Translations under genes and position numbers: made by a program
In this document: positions 19,896-31,011 of the stretch, in pieces
How positions within the stretch are numbered: position 1 is the stretch's first letter
Layout of the letters: every line of letters starts with the position of its first letter
Notes under the pieces: model-generated
The model's database searches: none
What the model was told of the DNA's origin: nothing
The model's input: the letters and a program-made list of their open reading frames with translations, nothing else
NCBI GenBank assembly: GCA_043824255.1
Contig: JBDRTG010000025.1
Span: forward strand, 1-51,787
Direction: 5' to 3'
Source of the DNA: a bacterium
Lineage (GTDB): Bacteria; JAHJDO01
Length of the DNA: 51,787 nucleotides

Positions 19896-20650
19896 ACTTC
19901 TCTCTTTCTAAAGAATAATATGGCAAGAAGCGTAAATATTATTATATAGTTCAGCCCATAAACAGTAACTTTAAGTATGTGCAGGACTGATACTGCTGTG
20001 CCATGAACAATATCACGATTTACATTAAAATTACCAAAATTGGGTAAAAGGTAATAGGCCCCATCAAGTGCAAATTTCAATATAGCACTGCCTTTTGAGG
20101 CCAGATGTCTAAGATACTCAAATATATTTCCTACAATGTAGATAAATAGTGTTAAAGTTATACTTATCCACATGGTAGAAAATGTTGAAAACATAATAGC
20201 AATAGAACTAAGTAGGGATAAACTAATAAAAATTAGAAACATAGCTTTGAATATTTCAAAATTCAGCACACGTTCCTTTAGATAAAGCACACTTAAAAAC
20301 ACACCAGTCATAAAACAGAGATTAATAAATAAGGCAAACATTGCGCCAAATAGCTTTCCTAAAATAAGTTCATATCTGTGAACTGGTTTAGAAAGCACCG
20401 CATATATTGTTTTTTTTCCCAGTTCTTCAGTAATTAATCTTGCTCCAAGAATAACCGCTATCAGCAGCCCAAAAATTGTTATAAAGAAAAAACCCATATC
20501 TTTGATCATTTTCATCTCTTCCCGCGGAGTAAAAAACGAAAACATCTTTGTGCTTCCAATAGTAACTAGAGCAAAGATCAACATAATGTTAAACATCTTT
20601 CCTCTTAATGCTTCCTTAAAAGTATTTTTTGCAATTGCAATGATTCTCAT
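19892..20650 (-). CDS. ABC-2-type transporter permease (PilI-like)
   Basis: IAKNTFKEALR, KKTIYAVLSKPVHR..LILGK, LPNF, C-terminal FRKREV; about six TM segments. Confidence 0.85.
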   Translation of the reverse strand: MRIIAIAKNTFKEALRGKMFNIMLIFALVTIGSTKMFSFFTPREEMKMIKDMGFFFITIFGLLIAVILGARLITEELGKKTIYAVLSKPVHRYELILGKLFGAMFALFINLCFMTGVFLSVLYLKERVLNFEIFKAMFLIFISLSLLSSIAIMFSTFSTMWISITLTLFIYIVGNIFEYLRHLASKGSAILKFALDGAYYLLPNFGNFNVNRDIVHGTAVSVLHILKVTVYGLNYIIIFTLLAILFFRKREV

Positions 20651-20679
20651 TTTTTCTCCTCATAAAGTTTTTGCAACTC

Positions 20680-22178
<1,499 letters not shown>

Positions 22179-22189
<11 letters not shown>

Positions 22190-22928
22190 AATCTCTCAAA
22201 AATCCATCCAATAAATTATTAAACTCCTCATGTTTCGTTACAAATGGAACATGTCCTGTACTTTCAAACGCATGAAGAACAGAATTTTTTATTTTGCTAT
22301 GCATGTAATCTGCACAAGCATAAGGACATATCATATCACCTTTCCCATGAATTACGAGAGTAGGAACTTTTATAGAGTGCAATTTATCTCTCAGGTCACA
22401 ATTTCTAAGTAATAGTAGATCCTGTAACATTGTATTTTTGTTACATAGATTTGATGACTTCTTTATCAAATCCAAATCTTCTTTTTTAAAATCTGCATTC
22501 TTTAAAATAAGACTTGCAAAATTGCTTAACATTCTCACAGGTGATTTCCTGAACTTGTTGATAAAGCTTTGCATGACAGCGTGTGATATACCCGCATCGT
22601 AATCCTCTGAAGCAACAAATTTTGCAGGAGTGCTTACAAGGACAAGCTTTGTCACATACTCAGGGTATTGAAATGTAAAATTAATAGCAATCATGCCACC
22701 CATTGACCAGCCTACAAGGTTAATGTTCTTTAATTTTAATTTTTTAATGACTCTAAATATATGTTCTGTGTGTACTCTTATACGATCATCAGAGGCATTA
22801 GCATCTTCTTCAAGAGATACAGCAAGAGTCCTGTAGTTTTGGTTGAAATACTCTATTTGATGCTTCCAGATACTTTTGTTAATTCCCCAGCCTGGAATAA
22901 ATAAAAGAGGAGGGCATAAATTAGTCAT
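22179..22928 (-). CDS. bioH: Pimeloyl-ACP methyl ester carboxylesterase-like alpha/beta hydrolase
   Basis: IPGWG, GWSMGG nucleophile elbow, PTLVIHGKGD, GHVPF; adjacent to bioC. Confidence 0.8.
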
Positions 22929-22961
22929 CTGTATTCAGTTATATCTTCTCTAAAATAAAGA

Positions 22962-22999
22962 TGTCGCAGACAAAACTTAATAAAATTTTATCTGCGACA
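22962..22999 (-). terminator. Putative intrinsic terminator after the small zinc-ribbon gene
   Basis: TGTCGCAGA...TCTGCGACA inverted repeat followed on the minus strand by TCTTTATTTT. Confidence 0.65.
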
Positions 23000-23020
23000 C
23001 AAAAAACAAAAGACAGGTAA

Positions 23021-23167
23021 TTATTTTTTACCCATTATCCGATACATACCAGTACCGCAGCTTGGACAGCAACCTTTCATTGCTTTCCTGCCATTCTTCA
23101 TTGTAACTTCTTTGGCATCTTTCATTTCTTTCTTAGCCTTGCATTTCACACAATAACCTTCTGCCAT
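23021..23167 (-). CDS. 48-aa basic zinc-ribbon protein (DUF5679-like), missed by the ORF track
   Basis: Translates MAEGYCVKCKAKKEMKDAKEVTMKNGRKAMKGCCPSCGTGMYRIMGKK*; AAGGAGGTG RBS; CxxC...CxxC. Confidence 0.9.
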   Translation of the reverse strand: MAEGYCVKCKAKKEMKDAKEVTMKNGRKAMKGCCPSCGTGMYRIMGKK

Positions 23168-23264
23168 GATACACCTCCTTACGGTTTTTAAAACAACGTT
23201 GATCTAAGTTTATCATCCAATTACCAAAAGTCAATCTAATTATATCTGGAGTTTCACAATTTTT

Positions 23265-23516
23265 TTAAGAGCCTTCCTCGAATCTGTACCCACAAACTTC
23301 TGCTGTGAGAAACTCCGATGAAGTTCTTGGGTATTTTCGGCAACTTGAGGGCCGAAACGAGTAGATGGCACAGTAACTCTGTCCATCGGAATAATATCTT
23401 AGAAACAAGCATGGTTTGGATAGTCGGCAACATGCTCCACAATCTACACATTTGCCGCACCGCTTTCCTGAAACAGGAAGAAAAGAGTTAAAAAATCTTT
23501 TTATCTTCGTTTTCAA
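23265..23516 (-). CDS. Small Cys-cluster protein (YkgJ/CxxCxxCC-like)
   Basis: CVDCGACC...CLFL...CAIY..RP..CRKYP. Confidence 0.75.
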   Translation of the reverse strand: MKTKIKRFFNSFLPVSGKRCGKCVDCGACCRLSKPCLFLRYYSDGQSYCAIYSFRPSSCRKYPRTSSEFLTAEVCGYRFEEGS

Positions 23517-23531
23517 TAGTCAATGCTTCCT

Positions 23532-24167
23532 TTAGCCATAACGCTCGAAATCAGCGAGCTTGAACCTTCGGCATCCGCTGGATTGAGTTGTTAGAAACTT
23601 TTTTGTTTCCAGAAATGCTTTTGCTCTGTGGCTTATTTTGTTTTTTATCTCAGGTCCCAGTTCTGCAAAGGTCTTGTTGTATTCTGGAATAATGAAGATA
23701 GGGTCATATCCAAAACCAGTTTTGCCTTTAGGTTCAAAAGCGATTATCCCTTCACAGGTTCCCTTTATGATTTTTTTTACTTTGCCTTTGTCTGCAATTG
23801 CAACAATACATACAAATCGCGCCGTGCGATTCTTAGGAGGAACATACTCCATGAGTTCAAGAAGCTTCTTGTTATTATCATCGTAAGTTGCATTCGCACC
23901 TGCAAAACGTGAGGAATAAACGCCCGGCCGTCCTTCCAAAGCGTCAACCTCTAGTCCTGAATCGTCAGCAATAGCCAACTGCTGCGTGAATTTACTTACA
24001 ACAATAGCCTTTTTAATTGCATTTTCTTCTATACTCTTTCCGTCTTCTGCAACCTCCTTCAATCCAGGGAAGTCTAACGCAGACGAGATTTCCACGCTTA
24101 AACTGCCAAGAATCTTCTTAATCTCTTTTATTTTATATCTGTTTCTTGTTGCCAGAACTATATTCAC
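23532..24167 (-). CDS. rdgB: XTP/dITP diphosphatase (Ham1 family)
   Basis: LATRNRYK, ENAIKKA, ADDSGLEVDAL.G.PGVYS.R, GFGYDPIF, KNKISHRAKA. Confidence 0.95.
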   Translation of the reverse strand: MNIVLATRNRYKIKEIKKILGSLSVEISSALDFPGLKEVAEDGKSIEENAIKKAIVVSKFTQQLAIADDSGLEVDALEGRPGVYSSRFAGANATYDDNNKKLLELMEYVPPKNRTARFVCIVAIADKGKVKKIIKGTCEGIIAFEPKGKTGFGYDPIFIIPEYNKTFAELGPEIKNKISHRAKAFLETKKFLTTQSSGCRRFKLADFERYG

Positions 24168-24168
24168 T

Positions 24169-24363
24169 CTACTTACCTTTTATCTTTTCAAGCTTTGCGT
24201 ATTTAGTAAGCAAAAGACGTTTTTGATTGTCATTGTCAAAATGAACTGTTATTTTCAAACTCTCTCCAACCCCGCTATGATCAATAACAGTTCCTTTTCC
24301 CCATTTTGGGTGCATCACCCTATTGCCAATCTTATACTCTCGTTTAACAATATGTTTAGTCAT
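24169..24363 (-). CDS. Stand-alone PcrA/UvrD C-terminal Tudor-like domain protein
   Basis: YKIGNRVMHPKWGKGTVI...KITVHF....KRLLLTKYAKLEKI matches the PcrA CTD pattern; own RBS AAAGGGGAAG. Confidence 0.75.
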   Translation of the reverse strand: MTKHIVKREYKIGNRVMHPKWGKGTVIDHSGVGESLKITVHFDNDNQKRLLLTKYAKLEKIKGK

Positions 24364-25039
24364 AGTCTTCCCCTTTGTTAAAGTGTTTATCTGCCGTTCT
24401 TGTTATTCTATTTAGAACGCTCTCAAGTTCCCTGCCTTTTTTTAGCTTTTCTTCTTTTGAAGCATCTGATGGAACATAAACAGGAGAACCAAAAGTTACT
24501 ACAGCCCTGGTGAAAGGATGTGGAAGTACAAACCTATCCCAGCTGTTAAGTCTTGTGTTTCTGGATGTATTGAATGTCATGGGAACTATCGGACATCCGG
24601 ACTCGGCCGCTATATGAATGACTCCTTGCTGTACTTTTTCAGCCGGACCTCTTGGTCCGTCCGGTGTTATTCCCATATCAAAACCTTCTGATAATCTTTT
24701 AAGCATCTCCTCATGAGCATTTTTTTCATAATGCCTGCTAGATCCTCTAATAAACAAATACCCAAATCTTTTAATAACCCTTGCTATAAATTCTCCATCC
24801 CTGCTCGGACTTATTAAGACACATATATTCCCTCCGCCTAACTTGTACCTGTAATAATACACAGTTAAAAACAACCTGCTGTGCCATGTAGCAAGTATAA
24901 TATTTTTGCCTTCTCTTTTTAATTTTAAGTAGTTTTCTTCTCCTTTGGTTTCAAAGTATATGCTTCTACCAATGCCTCTAATCAATATCCATGCTAACCA
25001 TGGAATTACCCCTGACTTAAAAACCCTGTGTATTTTCAT
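24356..25039 (-). CDS. DUF374 / lysophospholipid acyltransferase-family protein
   Basis: ATWH, ISPSRDGEFI, IRGSS, ITPDGPRGP, SWDRFVLPHPF. Confidence 0.88.
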   Translation of the reverse strand: MKIHRVFKSGVIPWLAWILIRGIGRSIYFETKGEENYLKLKREGKNIILATWHSRLFLTVYYYRYKLGGGNICVLISPSRDGEFIARVIKRFGYLFIRGSSRHYEKNAHEEMLKRLSEGFDMGITPDGPRGPAEKVQQGVIHIAAESGCPIVPMTFNTSRNTRLNSWDRFVLPHPFTRAVVTFGSPVYVPSDASKEEKLKKGRELESVLNRITRTADKHFNKGEDYD

Positions 25040-26865
25040 TTTCTAGCATTCACACGAAACTGAAGATCATGTAATTTCTTGTACAAACCTCCCTCTTTGA
25101 CAAGTTCCTCATGTGTGCCTGTTTCTATAATTTTGCCGTCTTCAACTACTATAATTTTATCCGCATGCATAATAGTAGAAAGCCGATGCGCAATCACAAA
25201 TGTGGTACGATTGGCCATAAGATTATTTATTGCCTTCTGGACCAGATATTCTGATTCAGTATCAAGAGCAGAGGTCGCTTCATCAAGTATAAGTATAGGA
25301 GGATTTTTAAGAATAGCTCTTGCAATAGCTATTCTCTGCGCCTCTCCTCCTGAAAGCTTTACACCACGATCGCCAATAACAGCATCATATCCTTCCGGCA
25401 TCTTCATTATAAACTCATGAGCAAGCGCAGCTTTAGCTGCATGTTCTATCTTTTCCTGAGAAACTTCTTCCTGATGCCCATAAGATATATTCTGTCTTAG
25501 CGTATCATTAAAGAGAACAGTTTCCTGTGTAACAATTCCCATTTGCCTGCGAAGAGAACATAATGAAAATTCATTAATATTCGTTTCGTCTATTGTGATT
25601 TCCCCTGATGTTGGATCATATAGACGTGGAATGAGATTTGCTATAGTCGTTTTACCTGAACCGCTTGGACCTGCTACAGCGACAACTTCCCCATGCTTAA
25701 TACCAAAACTGATATTTTTTAACACAATAACATCTCTATCATAAGCAAAACTGACATTCTTAAATTCGATTTTATTCTTAAATGTATCCAATGTACGCGC
25801 ATTGGGCAAATCAACAATTTCTGACGGGCTATCCATTATATTGAAAATTCTTGATGCAGCTGCAAACATAGATTGAATAGTATTATTAACACTACTTAAT
25901 TTCTTTATTGAACCAGGTATTCCACCTATAGCAACAAAAAATCCAATGAAGCAGCCAATAGTTAAATCTCCTCTTATAACAGAAACGCCACCCAGCCATG
26001 TAGCAACAGCAATCCCAAGCATGCCAGCAAACTCTGTAACAGAAGAAGTAACTGCCTGCACTCTTGTCCTCTTTATTTCTGTTTTAAAAACCCCCTCGTT
26101 TTCCTTATTAAATCTTTCTGATTCATAATGTTCCATAGAAAAAGCCTTAACAATTCTCATTGAGGAAAGACTTTCCTGCATCACCGAAAAAACGGATGCT
26201 CTTCTCTTTAGGGTGATGGATGTAAGCTTGCGCATCTTTCTGCCGAATTTAATAATTGGGTATATTATCAGAGGAAATATCAGAATAGATATAATGGTTA
26301 GTTTTGGGCTGAGCACAAATGCAATTATTATTCGCGTTATGATATTCATTGGCTCTCTAATAACATCTCCAAAGAGTACTGTCATAGATGTTTTAACTTC
26401 TCCGACATCATTTGCAATACGACTCATAATAGCGCCTGACTTCTGCCTGGTGAAGAAAGACAGGCTCATATGCTGAATATGCTTGTATAATCCATTTCTT
26501 AAATCAAGCGTTCCTCTAAGACCGGCGTATGTCATTAAATAACTTTGGGCAAATTGGGCAAGTCCTTTCAAAATATAAATAAAAATTATAAATGCAACCA
26601 GCAGCTTCAACCACGCAACCACAGTGAATTCTGCTGTCAAGGGAGTTATAGCCACCTTATGCCCAAAGAGTTCTCCCTTAAGAGTGAGAGGGATTGGTGT
26701 GTTTGGAGAAACACTACCTGCCGATAGGATATTATCCATAAATACCACTATGCTTCCTATTGAGCCAATAGTACAGAATTGAAGAAGGAACATACATATT
26801 ATTGCCAGCAGTATCCTCTTCCAGTATGGTTTTACAAACTTCAGGATTCTTATGTATTGATTCAT
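25036..26865 (-). CDS. msbA: Lipid A flippase-like ABC transporter (TMD+NBD)
   Basis: Walker A GPSGSGKT, LSGGE.QR, LILDEATSALD, IAHRLST; directly downstream of lpxB. Confidence 0.85.
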   Translation of the reverse strand: MNQYIRILKFVKPYWKRILLAIICMFLLQFCTIGSIGSIVVFMDNILSAGSVSPNTPIPLTLKGELFGHKVAITPLTAEFTVVAWLKLLVAFIIFIYILKGLAQFAQSYLMTYAGLRGTLDLRNGLYKHIQHMSLSFFTRQKSGAIMSRIANDVGEVKTSMTVLFGDVIREPMNIITRIIIAFVLSPKLTIISILIFPLIIYPIIKFGRKMRKLTSITLKRRASVFSVMQESLSSMRIVKAFSMEHYESERFNKENEGVFKTEIKRTRVQAVTSSVTEFAGMLGIAVATWLGGVSVIRGDLTIGCFIGFFVAIGGIPGSIKKLSSVNNTIQSMFAAASRIFNIMDSPSEIVDLPNARTLDTFKNKIEFKNVSFAYDRDVIVLKNISFGIKHGEVVAVAGPSGSGKTTIANLIPRLYDPTSGEITIDETNINEFSLCSLRRQMGIVTQETVLFNDTLRQNISYGHQEEVSQEKIEHAAKAALAHEFIMKMPEGYDAVIGDRGVKLSGGEAQRIAIARAILKNPPILILDEATSALDTESEYLVQKAINNLMANRTTFVIAHRLSTIMHADKIIVVEDGKIIETGTHEELVKEGGLYKKLHDLQFRVNARK

Positions 26866-26871
26866 GATTAT

Positions 26872-27999
26872 CTATCCCTCCAGCATTTGATATATACTCT
26901 CTGCTGCTCTTTTACTTGCACCCGGGCCCCCTAGCTTTTCCTTTATTCCGGATAATCTATTTTTTATATCACTCATTTTTTCGCTGCTATCCAGTATATC
27001 AAGAGCGCATCTACTAATATTTGCAGGATTTGCTTCTTCCTGCAATAACTCAGGAACTATTCTCTCACCAGCCATTATATTTACAAGCCCTATATGGGGA
27101 ACCCTCAAAAAAGTTTTAAATAAAAAACTTGTAAAAGGAGATGCTTTATAAACAACAATCATTGGCACATTCAGAAGCGCTGCTTCAAGTGTTACAGTTC
27201 CTGATGCCCCGATTAAGAGGTCACAACAGCTCATTCCGTCATATGTTCTATTTTTAATAATCTTAATACTAATGTTCAGGTTATAAAGAACTTGTTCAAG
27301 ATCCTCTTCATCTATATTTTCTGCACATAACAGCACGAATTCTACATCAGAGAGAGAGTTCTTTATCATTTTTGCTGCCTGAACTAATGCAGGCAATATT
27401 CTCCTTATCTCCTGTTTTCTGCTTCCTGGCAATAAACCAACAACATTTTTCCCTGTTATATCCAAACTTGTTAAGATTTCTTCCCTTGTACCGGACGTTT
27501 TTACTATGTCAAGTAAAGGATGCCCAACAAATTCTACAGGCACATTATACCCTTTATAAAAATCTTCCTCAAAAGGAAGAATAACTATCATTTTATCCAC
27601 GCATGCTTTTACTGTTTTTATACGACCTTTTCCCCACGCCCATAGTTGGGGGCTGATATAGTAAGCAACTTTAATATTTCTCTTTTTTGCCTGTTTAGCT
27701 AATCTCAAATTAAAGCCCGGATAATCAATAAGAATAACAAGCTCAGGATGCTCCTTATCCATGATTTCACATAATTCATTGAACCGCCTTTTTATTTTAA
27801 ATATTCCTCTAAATACCTCGCCTACACCAACTATATCAAGGTCATCAATATTAAACAAATTTTCAACGCCTGCATCCTGCATTCTATGTCCACCCATACC
27901 AATAAACTTAAGTCCCGGGTCTATTTTTCTCATATTCCTTACAAGATTACTTCCATGCAGATCTCCTGATGTCTCACCTGCAACAATCATTATTTTCAT
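26872..27999 (-). CDS. lpxB: Lipid-A-disaccharide synthase
   Basis: AGETSGDLHG, IDYPGFNLR, YISPQLWAW, LPFE, FVGHPL, LLPGSRKQE, SGTVTLE. Confidence 0.96.
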   Translation of the reverse strand: MKIMIVAGETSGDLHGSNLVRNMRKIDPGLKFIGMGGHRMQDAGVENLFNIDDLDIVGVGEVFRGIFKIKRRFNELCEIMDKEHPELVILIDYPGFNLRLAKQAKKRNIKVAYYISPQLWAWGKGRIKTVKACVDKMIVILPFEEDFYKGYNVPVEFVGHPLLDIVKTSGTREEILTSLDITGKNVVGLLPGSRKQEIRRILPALVQAAKMIKNSLSDVEFVLLCAENIDEEDLEQVLYNLNISIKIIKNRTYDGMSCCDLLIGASGTVTLEAALLNVPMIVVYKASPFTSFLFKTFLRVPHIGLVNIMAGERIVPELLQEEANPANISRCALDILDSSEKMSDIKNRLSGIKEKLGGPGASKRAAESIYQMLEG

Positions 28000-29525
28000 T
28001 GCTCTATCCTTGGGAATAAGGACTCTGGCTTATGCATTAATTGTCCTGAAGGTAATAGATTTAAATCCAGTTCCTCAGTTTTCACAGAGTCATATCCCAG
28101 ATATTTAGCAAGTTTTAAAGAGATATTGGGCATTACAGGAGAAATTAAAATATTCATAATCCTGATAATATCACAGCATGTATACAGGATGCTTCCCAGC
28201 CGATCTCTTTGTCCCTCATTCTTTACCAGCTTCCATGGCTCGGTTTTGTCAAAATATTGATTTGTGAGAGCTGAAATCTCCAAAAAATTCTTTGCAATTT
28301 CATGAATTAGAAAACTATCAAGAGCCTTTTTTATTGAATCCACCTTTTCCCTTACCTTTTCTTGAAGAACATGTTCAAGATCTGTTAGCTCTCTACATTC
28401 AGGCACCTTGCTATCAAAATTCTTTATTGTGAAATTAATGACTCTGCTGACTAAATTACCAAAATTATTTGCTAGATGTGCATTATAACTTGTTATAAAT
28501 GAATCAAGTCTGAAATCTGCATCCTTGCCAAAGACCATCTCAGACATCAGCAGAAATCTAAGATCATCAACACCAAAAATACTGACTAATTCTAAAGGGT
28601 TAACCACATTGCCAATTGACTTGCTCATTTTCATGCTTTTAATGTTCCAATATCCGTGAACTACTAACTTCCGCATCGGCTCTAATCCAATAGCCTTAAG
28701 CATTGTAGGCCAGTACACAGCATGCGCCTTTAAAATATCCTTCCCAATAATATGATGTGAGTATTTCCAGTGTGTCCTAAACAAATTCCCATCAGGGTAA
28801 CCTAGAGCAGAGATATAATTAATTAAAGCGTCAAACCAGACATATGTTACATACTTTTTGTCAAATGGCAGCTCAATTCCCCAGTCCAACCTGTCCTTAG
28901 GACGCGATATACACAGGTCATTCAATGGCTCCTTCAAAAAAGACAATATCTCTGTTCTATACTGTTCGGGAGAAATAAACTCTCCATTTTTATTTATATA
29001 ATCTATGAGCCAATCCTGATATTTTGACATCTTAAAGAAATAATTGCCTTCTTTAATTAATGTTGGTTTTGTCTTATGCTCGGGACAATTACTATCAACC
29101 AGTTCTCTCTTATCCAGAAATCTTTCGCAGCCGACACAATATAATCCTTCATATTCTGCAAAATATATTTCACTATTATCATAAACTTTCTGGAGAATAC
29201 TCTGAACAATTCTCTTATGGGAATCATCTGTTGTTCTTATGAATTGAGAATATTCTATCCCCAGCTTCCGCCACGTTTCCTTAAATTCTTCCGATATTTT
29301 ATCCGCAAATTCCTTTGGAGATTTACCGTCTTTATTAGCTGCTTCAACTATTTTTTGCCCATGTTCATCAGTACCTGTAAGAAAATAAGTTTTAAAGCCA
29401 AATAATTTTTTGTACCTGTTGATAATATCAGCAACTATTGTGCTGTATGAATGTCCAAGATGCGGGTGACTGTTAACATAATAAAGCGGTGTCGTTATGT
29501 AAAACATCTCATTTTGTTTATTCAT
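27996..29525 (-). CDS. metG: Methionine--tRNA ligase (short form, no C-terminal tRNA-binding domain)
   Basis: YITTPLYY, HLGH, GTDEHG, CVGC..CPEH knuckle, YVWFDAL, KMSKS. Confidence 0.96.
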   Translation of the reverse strand: MNKQNEMFYITTPLYYVNSHPHLGHSYSTIVADIINRYKKLFGFKTYFLTGTDEHGQKIVEAANKDGKSPKEFADKISEEFKETWRKLGIEYSQFIRTTDDSHKRIVQSILQKVYDNSEIYFAEYEGLYCVGCERFLDKRELVDSNCPEHKTKPTLIKEGNYFFKMSKYQDWLIDYINKNGEFISPEQYRTEILSFLKEPLNDLCISRPKDRLDWGIELPFDKKYVTYVWFDALINYISALGYPDGNLFRTHWKYSHHIIGKDILKAHAVYWPTMLKAIGLEPMRKLVVHGYWNIKSMKMSKSIGNVVNPLELVSIFGVDDLRFLLMSEMVFGKDADFRLDSFITSYNAHLANNFGNLVSRVINFTIKNFDSKVPECRELTDLEHVLQEKVREKVDSIKKALDSFLIHEIAKNFLEISALTNQYFDKTEPWKLVKNEGQRDRLGSILYTCCDIIRIMNILISPVMPNISLKLAKYLGYDSVKTEELDLNLLPSGQLMHKPESLFPRIEQ

Positions 29526-29580
29526 ATATAGTTAATATAGCATACTCATGCCAATTTTAAAATAAGTCCTCTCAATCCTC

Positions 29581-29609
29581 TTGACAATAAAGTCTTGAGA
29601 ATATAGGCT
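29581..29609 (+). promoter_or_regulatory. Putative sigma70 promoter for the NlpC/P60 gene
   Basis: TTGACA (29581-29586), 17 bp spacer, TAGGCT (29604-29609). Confidence 0.55.
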
Positions 29610-29619
29610 AACTGTAACA

Positions 29620-30984
29620 ATGACAAAGGGAGGTTTTCAGGTGAAAAGAATTTTAAATTTGGCATTTGGATTTTGGATTTTGATATTTATATTCATCTCC
29701 GGCTGTGCTTCCAGGCTTTGCATAGCTCCTTATCCTTTGCCTCATGTTAAAGTAAAGATGCATACTCCTGGATATTGGATATCCAAGATAGATAATCCGG
29801 ACAAAGTGATAATGTTTGCAGAGGAAATTGAAAAATTTAATGAAGATAACTGCAAAAGAGAAAGAATATCAGGGGGAGTGATCCAGATAGATAATATAAT
29901 GTCAGGCAAGCAACTATCCAGAAATATACTGAATTCAATTAAACGTATTCAAAGAGAGAAATGGTACACAACTGATAATATGCGGGTTGATAATCTGTTT
30001 TTTGAAGCTATATACCGCAATATAGACCTAAACAAAATCCCTGATAAAGTAGATGCCAAGTTTGCACTTACACTCTGCAGAACAAACCTGCGTGTTTTGC
30101 CCACAGATGAGATTATTATGTCCAGAAAAAACGACCATGATTTTGATAGATTCCAGGACAGTGCTATTGATGTGGGGCAGCCACTGGCTTTGTTATTGGA
30201 GACAAGAGATAAGAAATGGGCATATGTAAAGACAGAGATTACGCCAGGTTGGATTCATGCTGAAGATATTGCAATCTCAGATAATAAGAATGATATTATT
30301 GAGTACAGGAAAGCTCAAGAATTTGTTGTTGCAACTGGGAATAAAATCGATATATTCTCTGATTCTGAGTGTAAAAATTTTCTAGATAGTGCACAGATGG
30401 GAACTCGCTTTCCTTTAATGAGCAGAAGCAAAAAAGAGTATTTTACTATTACGTTTCCTGTTGCAAATAAAAGGAATAAATTATCTTTTAGAAAGGCATA
30501 TATACCAACTTATGAGGATGTACACACAGGATATGTCCCATATACAAAAAGGAATGCAATTAATCAGGCTTTTAAATTATTACATTCCCCTTATGGTTGG
30601 GGAGGGATGAGAGGGGAAAGAGATTGCTCCAGATTCATAATGGATATATTTGCGTGTTTTGGAATAAGGATGCCGCGCAACTCAAGCCGGCAAGCAAGAA
30701 TAGGCAGGGAAATTGCAAAATTTGATAGATCTACAGATATTCTTAAAAAGCTTCCTTCAGGCATATCTATTCTTTATATGCCAGGGCATATAATGCTCTA
30801 TCTGGGAGAGGATAATGGAAATTATTATGTTATCCATGATACATGGACATATACTGAGGGGAAGTGGCCATCTAGGGTAAAAAAGTATATTGGCAGAGTG
30901 GTAGTATCTGACTTGAGTTTAGGAGAATACGGCAAAACAGGATCTCTGCTTGAGCGATTGGTCTCAGTAAGCGTAATTGATTAA
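29620..30984 (+). CDS. SH3-domain NlpC/P60 cell-wall endopeptidase lipoprotein (start probably GTG 29641)
   Basis: GGAGG RBS before GTG 29641; lipobox ISGC; PYGWGG, RDCS, PRNS..Q, PGHIMLYLG. Confidence 0.85.
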   Translation: MTKGGFQVKRILNLAFGFWILIFIFISGCASRLCIAPYPLPHVKVKMHTPGYWISKIDNPDKVIMFAEEIEKFNEDNCKRERISGGVIQIDNIMSGKQLSRNILNSIKRIQREKWYTTDNMRVDNLFFEAIYRNIDLNKIPDKVDAKFALTLCRTNLRVLPTDEIIMSRKNDHDFDRFQDSAIDVGQPLALLLETRDKKWAYVKTEITPGWIHAEDIAISDNKNDIIEYRKAQEFVVATGNKIDIFSDSECKNFLDSAQMGTRFPLMSRSKKEYFTITFPVANKRNKLSFRKAYIPTYEDVHTGYVPYTKRNAINQAFKLLHSPYGWGGMRGERDCSRFIMDIFACFGIRMPRNSSRQARIGREIAKFDRSTDILKKLPSGISILYMPGHIMLYLGEDNGNYYVIHDTWTYTEGKWPSRVKKYIGRVVVSDLSLGEYGKTGSLLERLVSVSVID

Positions 30985-31011
30985 TCTATAAAAAACAGGA
31001 AGGAACAAAAA

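Noticed and set aside
23254..23460. 68-aa alternative-frame ORF
   Set aside because: Overlaps the Cys-cluster gene 23265-23516, which has the recognisable motif
23540..23590. GC-richer possible hairpin (CAGCGG...CGCTG) in the last codons of rdgB
   Set aside because: Pairing is short and imperfect and matches no riboswitch I recognise; cannot be supported
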